DNA of 37,028 nucleotides from Promethearchaeota archaeon (GTDB taxonomy: Archaea > Asgardarchaeota > Lokiarchaeia > Sigyniarchaeales > SOKP01): contig JBHLNT010000026.1 of assembly GCA_048941265.1 (NCBI GenBank), positions 1-37,028 on the forward strand, read 5' to 3'. A model generated the notes under the pieces. That model worked only from the letters and a program-made list of their open reading frames with translations, was not told the origin of the DNA and made no database searches. The position numbers and the translations under genes were made by a program. Positions 15,276-24,883 of this stretch are shown here, one piece after another (the stretch's first letter is position 1; each line of letters starts with the position of its first letter).

Positions 15276-15515
15276 TTGGTTCTTACGGTAAAAAGAATTA
15301 TTTATTGCGAAACCTGTGAACGCGAAGTTGAGCTGAGAAGAAAAGATATTGCACAAAAGTATAACGAAATAGTATGCTTTCTGACATTATTTACTTTGGG
15401 AATAGGGTATATTATTTTAAAATATACGCGAAAAAAAGATACGTGTCCTTACTGTGAGAGAAAATTTGATTTGAAAAATTTACCAGTGAAACCAGTTATA
15501 GATAAGAAAAATTAA
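15276..15515 (+). CDS. Small LITAF-like zinc-ribbon membrane protein
   Basis: CETC, then the hydrophobic stretch IVCFLTLFTLGIGYIIL, then TCPYC. Confidence 0.65.
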   Translation: MVLTVKRIIYCETCEREVELRRKDIAQKYNEIVCFLTLFTLGIGYIILKYTRKKDTCPYCERKFDLKNLPVKPVIDKKN

Positions 15516-15516
15516 A

Positions 15517-15798
15517 TTATGTTTCTTTAATTTTCATCATCCCCTTACATCGAGGACAAACTTTATCTTTTTCACTTAGCTGCTTCTTCATTAATGTTTT
15601 TCTATAACCACACGACTTTTTAGGGCATATGAGAATAAATTTTACCAATTTTTTGAATGGTTTATCTTGAGAAAGAGAAGGATCAATTCCTTGCCCTAAA
15701 CTTTCTACTGGAGGTTTTTTCTTCAGAATCTTCTTTTTCTTCTTCTCTTCTTCTTCTTTTTCTTCTTCTTCAGTCTTTATCCATTTGTCCAAACTCAA
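15517..15798 (-). CDS. Small protein with charged low-complexity N-terminus and C-terminal zinc ribbon
   Basis: MSLDKW followed by an E/K tract, then CPKKSC...CPRCKG. Confidence 0.7.
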   Translation of the reverse strand: MSLDKWIKTEEEEKEEEEKKKKKILKKKPPVESLGQGIDPSLSQDKPFKKLVKFILICPKKSCGYRKTLMKKQLSEKDKVCPRCKGMMKIKET

Positions 15799-15857
15799 TT
15801 TATAATCACGAAAAATAAGTGTTTACTATTTAATTATTAAGAATTATGATTTTTAAG

Positions 15858-15885
15858 AATAATAATAAAAAAAGAATAAAAAAAA
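15858..15885 (-). terminator. Putative oligo-T archaeal terminator after mat
   Basis: A-runs on the + strand (T-tracts on -) immediately after the mat stop codon. Confidence 0.4.
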
Positions 15886-17136
15886 TTAAAAAACTTGCAC
15901 TTTGCCCGCAATGAGGCGTTCCCGAAGATCTATTAAGTTTTCTTTACTTAACTTCTCAACTGAAACTTCCTCAGCGATTTTTGTAATACTCGAAAAGTTT
16001 ACATTATCTGCCGGAATTAAACTGATTGAATTAATCCATGGATCCGTAATTGGTCTACCAATTTGAGACAATAATTTTACATGGGCTTCAATAATATCAC
16101 CTTGTCCTCTTTCGTAAATCTCACGCGCAATTTCCGTACTAAGAACGTTGTAAATCTTCCCAACATGGTTAATTGGATTCTTTCCGCAAACAGCTTCTAA
16201 ACTCATAGTTCTACATGGTGTAATTAAGCCGTTTGATCGATTCCCTCTCCCCACTTCACCATCATCACCTGCTTCTGCGGAAGTTCCTGTTATAGTTAAA
16301 TATAGAATCCCTTTCTCAATATTATCACCTACGTTTACAGAACATTCGCAATTTTTTTCTGGGATGATTTTGGCTGCTAAATCTAATACTGCATCTTTCA
16401 TTTGATTTGTATAGTTCACATATTCATCTTTATCATTAATATATTTGGTAACCATTGCACCGCATACCGTAATATCTATATCCTTGTCTACTCTCTGCAC
16501 CATAATCTTAATATCCTCCCCCGAAGCAGGACATTTATCTTTAAACGCATCAGAATTAAGTAATCGTTCCCCTTCTAATGCAATTTTCTCAACATCCGAA
16601 TAAGGGGCATAGCCTACTCCAAAACTAGTATCATTTGCTAAAGGTACTTGTTCTTTAGCATCTGATTCTTCAAATACCCCCGTTAAATCAATTGAACCGG
16701 GTCGTACTGCGTAATCAAATTGAATATGATGATTTGACTTAATATCAATATTTCTAAATATATTCCCTACAACTTGCCTACAAGCATCAAGACATATAGT
16801 AGCTACGGGGATATATTCTAAATTATTCTCCTTTAAAATTTGACTAATGGCTCTCCCCACAATTAAAAAATACTCCGGTTCGAGAATAAGACCCCCTCCG
16901 AATTCGGGTTTTGATATCCCACCAACTAAGGCTGCTTTATCAACATTATGATGATAATATCGACCAAAATTTTCAAAATAATAAGTACATAATGCTCTAG
17001 AACACGCATCAGCAGCGGCATCGCATACAGAATCGGGATGCCCAATCCCCTTTCTTTCAACTATTTCCGGAAAATCACTTTTCTCGATAGGATCGAACTT
17101 TGCTCTATCAATTTTAAGTACCATTTTTTTCAACAT
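15886..17136 (-). CDS. mat: S-adenosylmethionine synthetase, archaeal type
   Basis: EIVERKGIGHPDS, ANDTSFGVGYAP, GEDIKIM, LTITGTSAEAGDDGEVGRGNR and GKNPINHVGKIYN. Confidence 0.96.
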   Translation of the reverse strand: MLKKMVLKIDRAKFDPIEKSDFPEIVERKGIGHPDSVCDAAADACSRALCTYYFENFGRYYHHNVDKAALVGGISKPEFGGGLILEPEYFLIVGRAISQILKENNLEYIPVATICLDACRQVVGNIFRNIDIKSNHHIQFDYAVRPGSIDLTGVFEESDAKEQVPLANDTSFGVGYAPYSDVEKIALEGERLLNSDAFKDKCPASGEDIKIMVQRVDKDIDITVCGAMVTKYINDKDEYVNYTNQMKDAVLDLAAKIIPEKNCECSVNVGDNIEKGILYLTITGTSAEAGDDGEVGRGNRSNGLITPCRTMSLEAVCGKNPINHVGKIYNVLSTEIAREIYERGQGDIIEAHVKLLSQIGRPITDPWINSISLIPADNVNFSSITKIAEEVSVEKLSKENLIDLRERLIAGKVQVF

Positions 17137-17363
17137 TTGCTTATTAATAAAATATTTATTAAAATGAATTTTTAATAAAAATATTTTTGAATTGCTTCAA
17201 ATTGTTTTTAATTCTATTTACTTCTATATGATAATAATTCTTAAACTATTGAATACAAGTATTTTTCAATAAAATTAAGGTTTTTTATGATAAATTGATA
17301 TTTTTTTTTCAAATTTAGATTTCACATATTTCACATTAAAGAGAAAAATTTTTTTATTCTATC

Positions 17364-18383
17364 TTGCTTTATACTATTAGGATATTGATATTAGAAAATA
17401 TTATACAAAGAATTGACACGCTTTTAAAGGAAGCACATTTCGAAACCTTTTATTTCGAAGAACCTACTAAACGTATTAAGTTTTGTTTTGATATTTTAGT
17501 AAAAAAAGATAATTCCATCTTTTTAGTAAAAGTTTTTCCAAATATTGACAATTTAAATGATTCTATAGTAGAAAATATCAAACTTTTATCAGTATTACTA
17601 AATTCTAAACCTTTATTAATTGGAATTAAGAATAGATATCAGAATTTAGAAGATAATACCATCTATATAAGGGAAGAATTACCTTTCATAACGTTAAAAA
17701 CGTTAGAGAATGTACTAAAAGAGCAAAAATATCCCCATATCTTAGCCCGAAGGGGTGGAGGAATTATATTCCTCGACGGTAATTTAATGAAATCTATTAG
17801 AGTAGAAAAAAATCTTTCTAGAAAAGAAATCTCTGACCAGTTAGGTGTCACAAAACGAACCTTATGTTCCTATGAAAATGAAACCATGCGACCTTCTCAA
17901 AAAATTGCAGAAAAAATCTTAGAAATCCTTGATGATAAATCGATTTTTAGAAAAATTAATGTGTTCGAATGGCAGATTAAAGTCAATTTTATTCAAGACC
18001 AAAGTTCTAAAAGTCGAGAATTAACCGATTTTGAATCCCATCTTCAAGATATTTTCAAGGATATCGGAGTCTCAACAATTTGGTATAAAAGAGGACAGCT
18101 CCCTTTTGAGTTATCCATTTCTTCTAATAATTACGTTTTAAACGCTGATGATGAGTTCTATCCGGTTTTATCTGGGCTTTCTGAAGAGACTACAAAAGTT
18201 TCTAAATTGAACCTTCAACATCTCAAATCATTTGCAGAAATTTTTCATAAAAACGCATTTTTCATTGTAAATAATGATTTTAAAATATCAGATAAAAAGA
18301 GTGGAGTTCCTGTAATTAAATTAAAAGATTTAGAAAAGATGGATACCGAAAAGGATTTCGTGGATCTATTTGAAGAAAACTAA
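17364..18383 (+). CDS. Archaeal HTH-type transcriptional regulator (COG1395-like, Cro/C1 HTH)
   Basis: N-terminal CFDILVKK..LVKV..NID, P.ILARRGG motif, and HTH LSRKEISDQLGVTKRTLCSYE. Confidence 0.85.
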   Translation: MLYTIRILILENIIQRIDTLLKEAHFETFYFEEPTKRIKFCFDILVKKDNSIFLVKVFPNIDNLNDSIVENIKLLSVLLNSKPLLIGIKNRYQNLEDNTIYIREELPFITLKTLENVLKEQKYPHILARRGGGIIFLDGNLMKSIRVEKNLSRKEISDQLGVTKRTLCSYENETMRPSQKIAEKILEILDDKSIFRKINVFEWQIKVNFIQDQSSKSRELTDFESHLQDIFKDIGVSTIWYKRGQLPFELSISSNNYVLNADDEFYPVLSGLSEETTKVSKLNLQHLKSFAEIFHKNAFFIVNNDFKISDKKSGVPVIKLKDLEKMDTEKDFVDLFEEN

Positions 18384-19047
18384 CCTTATATGCGGAATTG
18401 ATGAAGCTGGAAAAGGTCCAGTCATCGGACCGCTCGTTATATGTGGTGTTTGTTTTATCGAATCCAAACTAGCAATTTTAAAAGAGATAGGAGTAAAGGA
18501 TTCTAAAAAACTCTCACCTAACAAACGGAATGAACTTGCCAAAGTAATAAAAGAAAATTGCCATTCTATTGAAATTGTAATAGTGTCTGCTAAAGATATT
18601 GATAATCGAGAAAAAGAAAGAATTACTTTAAATAGGTTAGAAGAATTAAAAATGGCAGATATTATTAACAAATTACATCCGAATATAATATATGTAGACG
18701 CGGTAGACGTGAATGAAGAAAGATTTGGAAATTCCTTAAAAATGTTATTACACTACAAACCATTAAAAATAGTTTCTAAACATAGAGCTGATGATATATA
18801 TCCCATAGTGTCTGCAGCTTCAATTGTCGCAAAAGTTACAAGAGACTCCATAATTAATAAATTAAAGCAGAAATATGGAGATCTTGGATCTGGATATCCC
18901 TCCGATAAAAGAACTACTGATTTTCTCAGGCAATGGATCAGAGACAATAAAAGAGTTCCCTCTTTCGTTAGAACATCCTGGGATACTACAAAAAAAATTC
19001 TAAATGAGGAAGTTGGGACTAAAAAAATTACGGATTATTTTGAGTAA
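18370..19047 (+). CDS. rnhB: Ribonuclease HII
   Basis: GIDEAGKGPVIGP, DSKKL, VSAASIVAKVTRD and GSGYPSD. Confidence 0.96.
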   Translation: MKKTNLICGIDEAGKGPVIGPLVICGVCFIESKLAILKEIGVKDSKKLSPNKRNELAKVIKENCHSIEIVIVSAKDIDNREKERITLNRLEELKMADIINKLHPNIIYVDAVDVNEERFGNSLKMLLHYKPLKIVSKHRADDIYPIVSAASIVAKVTRDSIINKLKQKYGDLGSGYPSDKRTTDFLRQWIRDNKRVPSFVRTSWDTTKKILNEEVGTKKITDYFE

Positions 19048-19049
19048 TC

Positions 19050-19739
19050 TTATTTTTTGACTATTAAAATAATATGATTAGCAGCATATTTATGTATATT
19101 TATACTTTCCAAAATATCAAACCCCGCGTTTTCGAGAATCTCTTTTTCTAGCTTATAAATCTTTTCTGATTTTAAGACGCTGTCTATTGATTGAGATTTT
19201 ATTGCTAAGATTATTAGACCATCTCTTTTAAGATAATAATTAGAATTTAAAACAGCGATTTCGGCTTGATTAGGTTGTGCTACATCTTGATAAATTAAAT
19301 CAATTTCAGTAAAAATAGATTTCGCATAACTTTCAGGATATCTAACGTCCCCTAATATAGGAACGATATTTTTTCTATTAGAGGTATTCTGAATTAATTG
19401 CCGTATACTTCGTTCTGCAAACTCTATGCCATAAATTATACCATTCTTAACTATATCAGAAAGATGAGAAATTGTAGTTCCTGATGATGCACCTAAATAT
19501 AAGCAATTTATATTTTTTGAGAGGAAATTGGTCCTAGGATTTTCCAGAATTAAAGCTGCTAATTTGCTCCTATAAGGATCCCATTCTCTATATTCAATTC
19601 CTTTCTGTTCAATTAATCTTTCATTATATACATTATGCCCTGGAATTAAATTTTTAGAATAAAGTTTTAAATTATCTGCTGATCCTGATATATACACATC
19701 AATAAATTTTGGATGTGTTCTAATCTCTTGCTTACTCAA
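19050..19739 (-). CDS. flpA: Fibrillarin-like rRNA/tRNA 2'-O-methyltransferase
   Basis: EYREWDPYRSKLAA, LYLGASSGTTISHLSD and DVAQPNQA. Confidence 0.96.
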   Translation of the reverse strand: MSKQEIRTHPKFIDVYISGSADNLKLYSKNLIPGHNVYNERLIEQKGIEYREWDPYRSKLAALILENPRTNFLSKNINCLYLGASSGTTISHLSDIVKNGIIYGIEFAERSIRQLIQNTSNRKNIVPILGDVRYPESYAKSIFTEIDLIYQDVAQPNQAEIAVLNSNYYLKRDGLIILAIKSQSIDSVLKSEKIYKLEKEILENAGFDILESINIHKYAANHIILIVKK

Positions 19740-19758
19740 ATTTATTACCTCAAATTAT

Positions 19759-20811
19759 TTATTTATTTTGGAGAGTTTTTTGAATACCCTCCCAAAGTCC
19801 GGATAAATACATTACTCCTAATGCTCGATCATATAATCCATATCCCGGTCGTCCCTTTTCATCCCAAATCATCCTTCCATGATCAGGACGTATCGCCCCC
19901 GTAAATCCAATTTCGATATATGCTTTTATCACCTCATACATATTGATATCACCAAACTCAGTTGGATGCTCGACTTCATGAAAACTATATTCTCCCGTGC
20001 GTTTAATATTTCGCAAATGGGTAAAAGGGATACGTCCCATTGCTCCGTATTTGCGAATACATTTCACTAAATCCATTTTTGAATTGGGGCCAAAAGAACC
20101 CGTACAAAAAGTAATTCCATTTGAAGGACTGTCTACAATCTTTATAAAACGATCTAAAGCAGCCTCATTGGTAATTATCCGGGGAAGATTAAAGATAGAC
20201 CAAGGAGGATCATCAGGATGAATACCCATTTTTACTCCAGATTCTTCTGCAACTGGAACCACTTTTTTTAGGAAATATTCTAAGTTTGCCCATAACATTT
20301 CATCATCTACTTCAGAATAGGCGTCTAAAAGAGTTTGTAATTCTTTTTTTGTATAATTTGTTGCCCAACCTGGAAGTTCTAAAGAGTCTTTTCTTAAATC
20401 AATTTTTTTTAGCTCCTCCTGACTGTAGCAAAGACAAGTAGATCCATCAGGATGTTTCATTGCCAAATCAGTACGGGTCCAATCAAACACTGGCATAAAA
20501 TTATAACAGAGAATTTTAATACCAAGAGAGCCCATATTTCTAATACTTTGACAATAGTTACCTATCAATTGATCTCGATTTTTACGTCCCAGCTTAATAT
20601 CTTCGTGGACTGGAATACTCTCAATTACTGACAAATTTAATCCGGTAGCTTCAATTTCTTTTTGAAGCAAAGATAGCTTTTCTAAAGGCCACACATCACC
20701 TATGGGAACGTCGTATAATGCAGAAACTATCCCCGATACTCTTGGAATCTGCTTTATAAATTTAAGTGGTATTGGATCCTCGGCACCATACCATCTGAAC
20801 GTCATTATCAT
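19759..20811 (-). CDS. uxuA: Mannonate dehydratase
   Basis: MTFRWYG, ESIPVHEDIK, CYNFMPVFDWTRTDL, HPDDPPW, RPDHGR and GYGLYDRALG. Confidence 0.96.
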   Translation of the reverse strand: MIMTFRWYGAEDPIPLKFIKQIPRVSGIVSALYDVPIGDVWPLEKLSLLQKEIEATGLNLSVIESIPVHEDIKLGRKNRDQLIGNYCQSIRNMGSLGIKILCYNFMPVFDWTRTDLAMKHPDGSTCLCYSQEELKKIDLRKDSLELPGWATNYTKKELQTLLDAYSEVDDEMLWANLEYFLKKVVPVAEESGVKMGIHPDDPPWSIFNLPRIITNEAALDRFIKIVDSPSNGITFCTGSFGPNSKMDLVKCIRKYGAMGRIPFTHLRNIKRTGEYSFHEVEHPTEFGDINMYEVIKAYIEIGFTGAIRPDHGRMIWDEKGRPGYGLYDRALGVMYLSGLWEGIQKTLQNK

Positions 20812-20839
20812 ACTTTTTTTACCTTCTTTATTTCTCTAA

Positions 20840-21697
20840 TCATACCCCGGAGTATGCAGAAAAACCACCATCTACAGGAACAACAATTCCATTTACAAAA
20901 CCAGAGGATTGTTCATCCACAAGCCAAAGAAGAGTTCCAAGCAAATCTGTGGGCTTACCAAAGCGCTGCATAGGTGTCTGACTCATGATTTTTTCTGCTC
21001 GAGGGGTATATGATCCATCATCCTTAATCAGCAAAGGTCGGTTTTGATCTGTTAGAAAGAATCCTGGAGCAATTGCATTTACACGGATCCCTACTCTTGA
21101 AAAATGTACGGCTAACCATTTTGTAAAATTACTTACGGCGGCCTTTGCTGCACTATATGCCGGAATTTTAGTTAACGGGCGAAATGCATTCATTGAAGAA
21201 ATGTTTATAATAACTGCGCCTTTTTGGTGTATCATTTTTTTTGCAAAAACTTGCGTTGGAAGAAGAGTTCCTATCAAATTTAGATCAAATACAAACTTAA
21301 ATCCCTCTAGTTTCAGATCAAAAAACGTTTTAATTTGCTCTTCTTTTCTCTCTAAATCTTTGACAGTTAAGAATTCGTTTGAGGTTGTCCCTTTAGGATG
21401 ATTCCCCCCCGCTCCGTTAATTAGGATATTACAAGGGCCAAATTCGTTTGTTATAGTCTTTTCAGCTTCTAATAAACTCTCAATTTGTAAAACATTTGCC
21501 TCAATTCCCATAGCAATTCCCCCATTTGCCCTAATTTTATTGGCAACTTTATCTGCAGCTTCTTTTCGTAAATCAAGAACGGCAACCTTGGCTCCACATT
21601 TTCCAAGCGCCTCTGAAAAACATCCACAGAGTATACCTCCACCACCCGTTACAACAGCAGTTTTTCCTCTTAGATCAATCTTTAATGGAACGTTCAT
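20840..21697 (-). CDS. uxuB: SDR-family D-mannonate oxidoreductase (fructuronate reductase)
   Basis: TGGGGILC, NGAGGNHPKGTT, SSMNAFRPLTKIPAYSAAK and DGGFSAYSGV. Adjacent to uxuA. Confidence 0.88.
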   Translation of the reverse strand: MNVPLKIDLRGKTAVVTGGGGILCGCFSEALGKCGAKVAVLDLRKEAADKVANKIRANGGIAMGIEANVLQIESLLEAEKTITNEFGPCNILINGAGGNHPKGTTSNEFLTVKDLERKEEQIKTFFDLKLEGFKFVFDLNLIGTLLPTQVFAKKMIHQKGAVIINISSMNAFRPLTKIPAYSAAKAAVSNFTKWLAVHFSRVGIRVNAIAPGFFLTDQNRPLLIKDDGSYTPRAEKIMSQTPMQRFGKPTDLLGTLLWLVDEQSSGFVNGIVVPVDGGFSAYSGV

Positions 21698-21787
21698 TAT
21701 TCTATATTAATGACTTTTACCATAAGAAGTCTTATCAAATACAATTTTTTTCCAAATTTGCATGCTATACTTTGTGAATTAAGCTTT

Positions 21788-23011
21788 TCATTGTTGAATC
21801 TTTTTTGGTTTTTTTCGCTTTTTTTTCTTGAAGGGTTTTATAGGTTCAATTTTCTTTTTTGGTGGTTTCGGATACTTTGCTTCAATTTCTTTTATCTTTT
21901 CCTCAATTTCTTTTGTTAAAACATCACCTATAAAATCACCACCAAAATAATCAACTTTTGAAGCAATACCTACTTTCCCAGCTATTAATCGTGAGATTTT
22001 GCCCCGTTGATGGAACTTACTACTTCTAATCTGTCTCCATTGGAAGATTAATCCATGTTTAGGTCTTTTATCTCCGCTTCTAAGAAATCTGTAGAGAGCC
22101 TTTTCGGCTCCTAATAATTGAATCCTTGATGCGGGCATAAAAGCAAGTTTTTTTAAGCTACCTGCTTTAGCAATAAGCTTGGCTCCTATTAGATTCCCTA
22201 CAATCGCATTGAGATTTGGTGCTGTTTTTTCCATTAAATCGTCTAAGTAATTTTCGAGCTCATTTCTATAGGAATCTAAAGATAATATTTGATTTGCATA
22301 ATCTTGTACCATTTTAAGATCGAAATTCGCACCCATTGATTCAGAAGCTTTAATGCTTAACCCCTTTACTAAATTTTCGCTAAATTCAAAATTTTTTGTA
22401 ATATTTTCAAGCGTATAATTTTCTCTTTCACCTAGGATTGAAACTAATTGCGCCATTTGAATATTATCTTCAATTATTTTATCCGTCAATTCTGGAAAAT
22501 GTAACCCATACCATTCTCTCAAACGAGTTGAGAATAAACTAATTGATTTTTTAAGAATATTAAGAGTTTCTATAATTTGAATAATAATAATGTCAGTTTG
22601 TGAACCAGCTTGACTTATTCTCTTTTTAATAAGTTCTTCATTGATTTGCTTGTATTTTTCCAACAATTCATCATGTGAGAATGATAAACCTACTTTTTTC
22701 AGTTGGTCTACTAAGTTTAATCTAAAATTTTTAAATTCTAATGAATGAGGATCAAAAAAGGCCTGAAAACCTAATTTATCAGAGGTTAGCTCTTTTAATT
22801 CTTTATTATCAAATAAAAATTCATCAAAACCAGAATTTTTCAATTCTAAAAGAAATTGCTCATATTCTTTGTCGCTTAATCCTAAATCGATTGATTCATA
22901 AAATTTTATTATTTTTTGATCATTATTGTTAAAATCAATGAAATTTAAAATATTTCCAGCCTCATCAAACGCAAAAACTCCACTTAACGTATCAACAATG
23001 AAACATTTCAT
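21788..23011 (-). CDS. nop5: C/D box sRNP protein Nop5 (Nop56/58)
   Basis: RLREWYGLHFPEL, APNL..IVG..IGAKLIAKAG, PASRIQLLGAEKALYR, PKHGLIFQ and a K-rich tail. Confidence 0.96.
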   Translation of the reverse strand: MKCFIVDTLSGVFAFDEAGNILNFIDFNNNDQKIIKFYESIDLGLSDKEYEQFLLELKNSGFDEFLFDNKELKELTSDKLGFQAFFDPHSLEFKNFRLNLVDQLKKVGLSFSHDELLEKYKQINEELIKKRISQAGSQTDIIIIQIIETLNILKKSISLFSTRLREWYGLHFPELTDKIIEDNIQMAQLVSILGERENYTLENITKNFEFSENLVKGLSIKASESMGANFDLKMVQDYANQILSLDSYRNELENYLDDLMEKTAPNLNAIVGNLIGAKLIAKAGSLKKLAFMPASRIQLLGAEKALYRFLRSGDKRPKHGLIFQWRQIRSSKFHQRGKISRLIAGKVGIASKVDYFGGDFIGDVLTKEIEEKIKEIEAKYPKPPKKKIEPIKPFKKKKRKKPKKIQQ

Positions 23012-23027
23012 TTTTCTAGTTCTATTA

Positions 23028-23074
23028 ATTATTAAGGATTTAAAAATTATTATTAAGGATTTAAAAATTATTAT
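23028..23074. repeat. Perfect 21-bp tandem duplication in the nop5/pyrD divergent promoter
   Basis: ATTATTAAGGATTTAAAAATT at 23028-23048 and 23049-23069, plus a partial ATTAT. Each copy contains TTTAAA. Confidence 0.85.
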
Positions 23075-23080
23075 AAAATA

Positions 23081-24007
23081 ATGTTAGAAACAAATATTTC
23101 TGGATTAAAACTAAAATCTCCTATAATTTTAGCATCGGGAATTTTAGGAGTGTCTTTTTCTTTGATGATCAGAGTCATCGATGCAGGTGCTGGCGCAATA
23201 ACTACCAAATCAATCGGACCAGTACCAAGAAAAGGGTATAAAAATCCTTCTATAATAGAAGTCTATCCTGGATCGTTTTTAAATAGCGTTGGATTAGGAA
23301 ATCCCGGAATTAAAGAATTTGAGGTTGAAATAAAAAAATTAAAAAAGCACAATATCCCGTTAATAGTGAGTGTATTTGGAGATACAGATGAGAGTTATCT
23401 TGAAGTAGCGACTAAAGCCGAAAACGCAGGAGCTGATGCAATTGAAATCAATATCTCCTGCCCGCATGCTGAAATTTCTTCCATTGGTATTGATAAAAAT
23501 TTAACATATAACATTGTAAAGTTCCTAAAGGAAAATTTAACTGTTCCCCTCTTCGTAAAATTGAATCCTAATGTTACAAATTTAAATGAAATCGCATTAG
23601 CCGCAGAAAAAGGTGGTGCTGATGGAGTGGTTGCGATAAACACTTTAGCAGCCATGACGATTGATGTGAATACAAAAAGACCCATTCTGTCCCATGGAAG
23701 TGGAGGTCTTTCAGGGAAAGCTATTCATCCAATAGCCATAAAAAAAGTATATGATCTATATAAATCTTTAAAAATTCCCATTATTGGATGTGGAGGAATT
23801 GATTCCTCGGAAGATGTGATAGAATTTTTTCTAGCTGGAGCTTCAGCAGTACAAATAGGCACGGCGTTATATAAAGGTATTGAAATAATCACTGAAATCA
23901 ATAAAGGAATAATCAAATATCTAAAAGAATACGAGTTTACATCAATTAACGATATCAAAGGATTAGCTCACCAATTTAAAATCCAAGAGGTACCTGATTT
24001 TGACTGA
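23081..24007 (+). CDS. pyrD: Dihydroorotate dehydrogenase family 1B, catalytic subunit
   Basis: ASG, TTKS, NSVGLGNPG, EINISCPH, INT, GGLSG and VQIGTA. Confidence 0.95.
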   Translation: MLETNISGLKLKSPIILASGILGVSFSLMIRVIDAGAGAITTKSIGPVPRKGYKNPSIIEVYPGSFLNSVGLGNPGIKEFEVEIKKLKKHNIPLIVSVFGDTDESYLEVATKAENAGADAIEINISCPHAEISSIGIDKNLTYNIVKFLKENLTVPLFVKLNPNVTNLNEIALAAEKGGADGVVAINTLAAMTIDVNTKRPILSHGSGGLSGKAIHPIAIKKVYDLYKSLKIPIIGCGGIDSSEDVIEFFLAGASAVQIGTALYKGIEIITEINKGIIKYLKEYEFTSINDIKGLAHQFKIQEVPDFD

Positions 24008-24854
24008 AAACATGATAAAAACAGTAAAAATTAAAAGAATTATCAATGAATGTGATGGTGTGAAAACCATAGTTTTTAACATGAAAGAATCTTACGCTAA
24101 AACATATATCTCTCCTAAATCAGGCCAATTTGTAATGATATGGGTTCCAGGAGTGGATGAGGTTCCAATGTCAATATCAGGTTATGGTAAAGATGGAAAC
24201 TGGTCTATTACTGTGAAAAATGTAGGAGAATGTACAAACGCTCTCCATGAATTAAGAATAGGTGATTATATAGGCGTAAGAGGACCTTTCGGTAATAATT
24301 TTACTGTTCCAGATGATATTTCTAAACAAATTTTCCTGATTGGAGGGGGGATTGGCATGGCTGCGTTAAAAGCTCTTTCAGCTGAACTTATCGAAAGAAA
24401 ATTTCATTTTACAGTTATTGAAGGGGCAAAAATCGAGAGTGATCTAATGTACATGGATGAATTCCAAGTATATAATAAAGACTTTTCTCAATTTCATTTT
24501 TGTACTGACGATGGAAGTTATGGAGAAAAAGGATTCGCTTCTGATATATTTGAGAATTTAGTTAAGGATTATAGTGAAACAGACATATCTAACGTGATTG
24601 TTTATGCCTGTGGTCCAGAAGCGATGTTGTATAAACTATATAAAATATGTGAAAAGCATAATATAGAATATTACGCCAGTCTTGAGCGGATTATGAGATG
24701 TGGTTGTGGAATATGCGGGTTATGTGCTTTGGACCCTCTCGGATTATTGGTTTGTAAGGATGGACCCATATTTAATTCGGACACTTTGAGAAAAATTGAA
24801 GATTTTGGCAAATATAAACGAGACTTTTCAGGTAAAAAAATACCTGTTGATTAA
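24000..24854 (+). CDS. pyrK: Dihydroorotate dehydrogenase electron transfer subunit
   Basis: GQFVMIW, RGPFGN, GGGIG, ACGPEAM and the 2Fe-2S motif CGCGICGLC...CKDGP. Overlaps pyrD. Confidence 0.93.
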   Translation: MTENMIKTVKIKRIINECDGVKTIVFNMKESYAKTYISPKSGQFVMIWVPGVDEVPMSISGYGKDGNWSITVKNVGECTNALHELRIGDYIGVRGPFGNNFTVPDDISKQIFLIGGGIGMAALKALSAELIERKFHFTVIEGAKIESDLMYMDEFQVYNKDFSQFHFCTDDGSYGEKGFASDIFENLVKDYSETDISNVIVYACGPEAMLYKLYKICEKHNIEYYASLERIMRCGCGICGLCALDPLGLLVCKDGPIFNSDTLRKIEDFGKYKRDFSGKKIPVD

Positions 24855-24883
24855 TGAAGAAGTCATAAACCCCGTCAAATTAA

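Noticed and set aside
15700-15775. TTC/TCT low-complexity repeat
   Set aside because: It simply encodes the E/K-rich tract of the 15517-15798 protein.
23028-23074. CRISPR-like repeat
   Set aside because: Two adjacent copies with no spacer and no cas genes.
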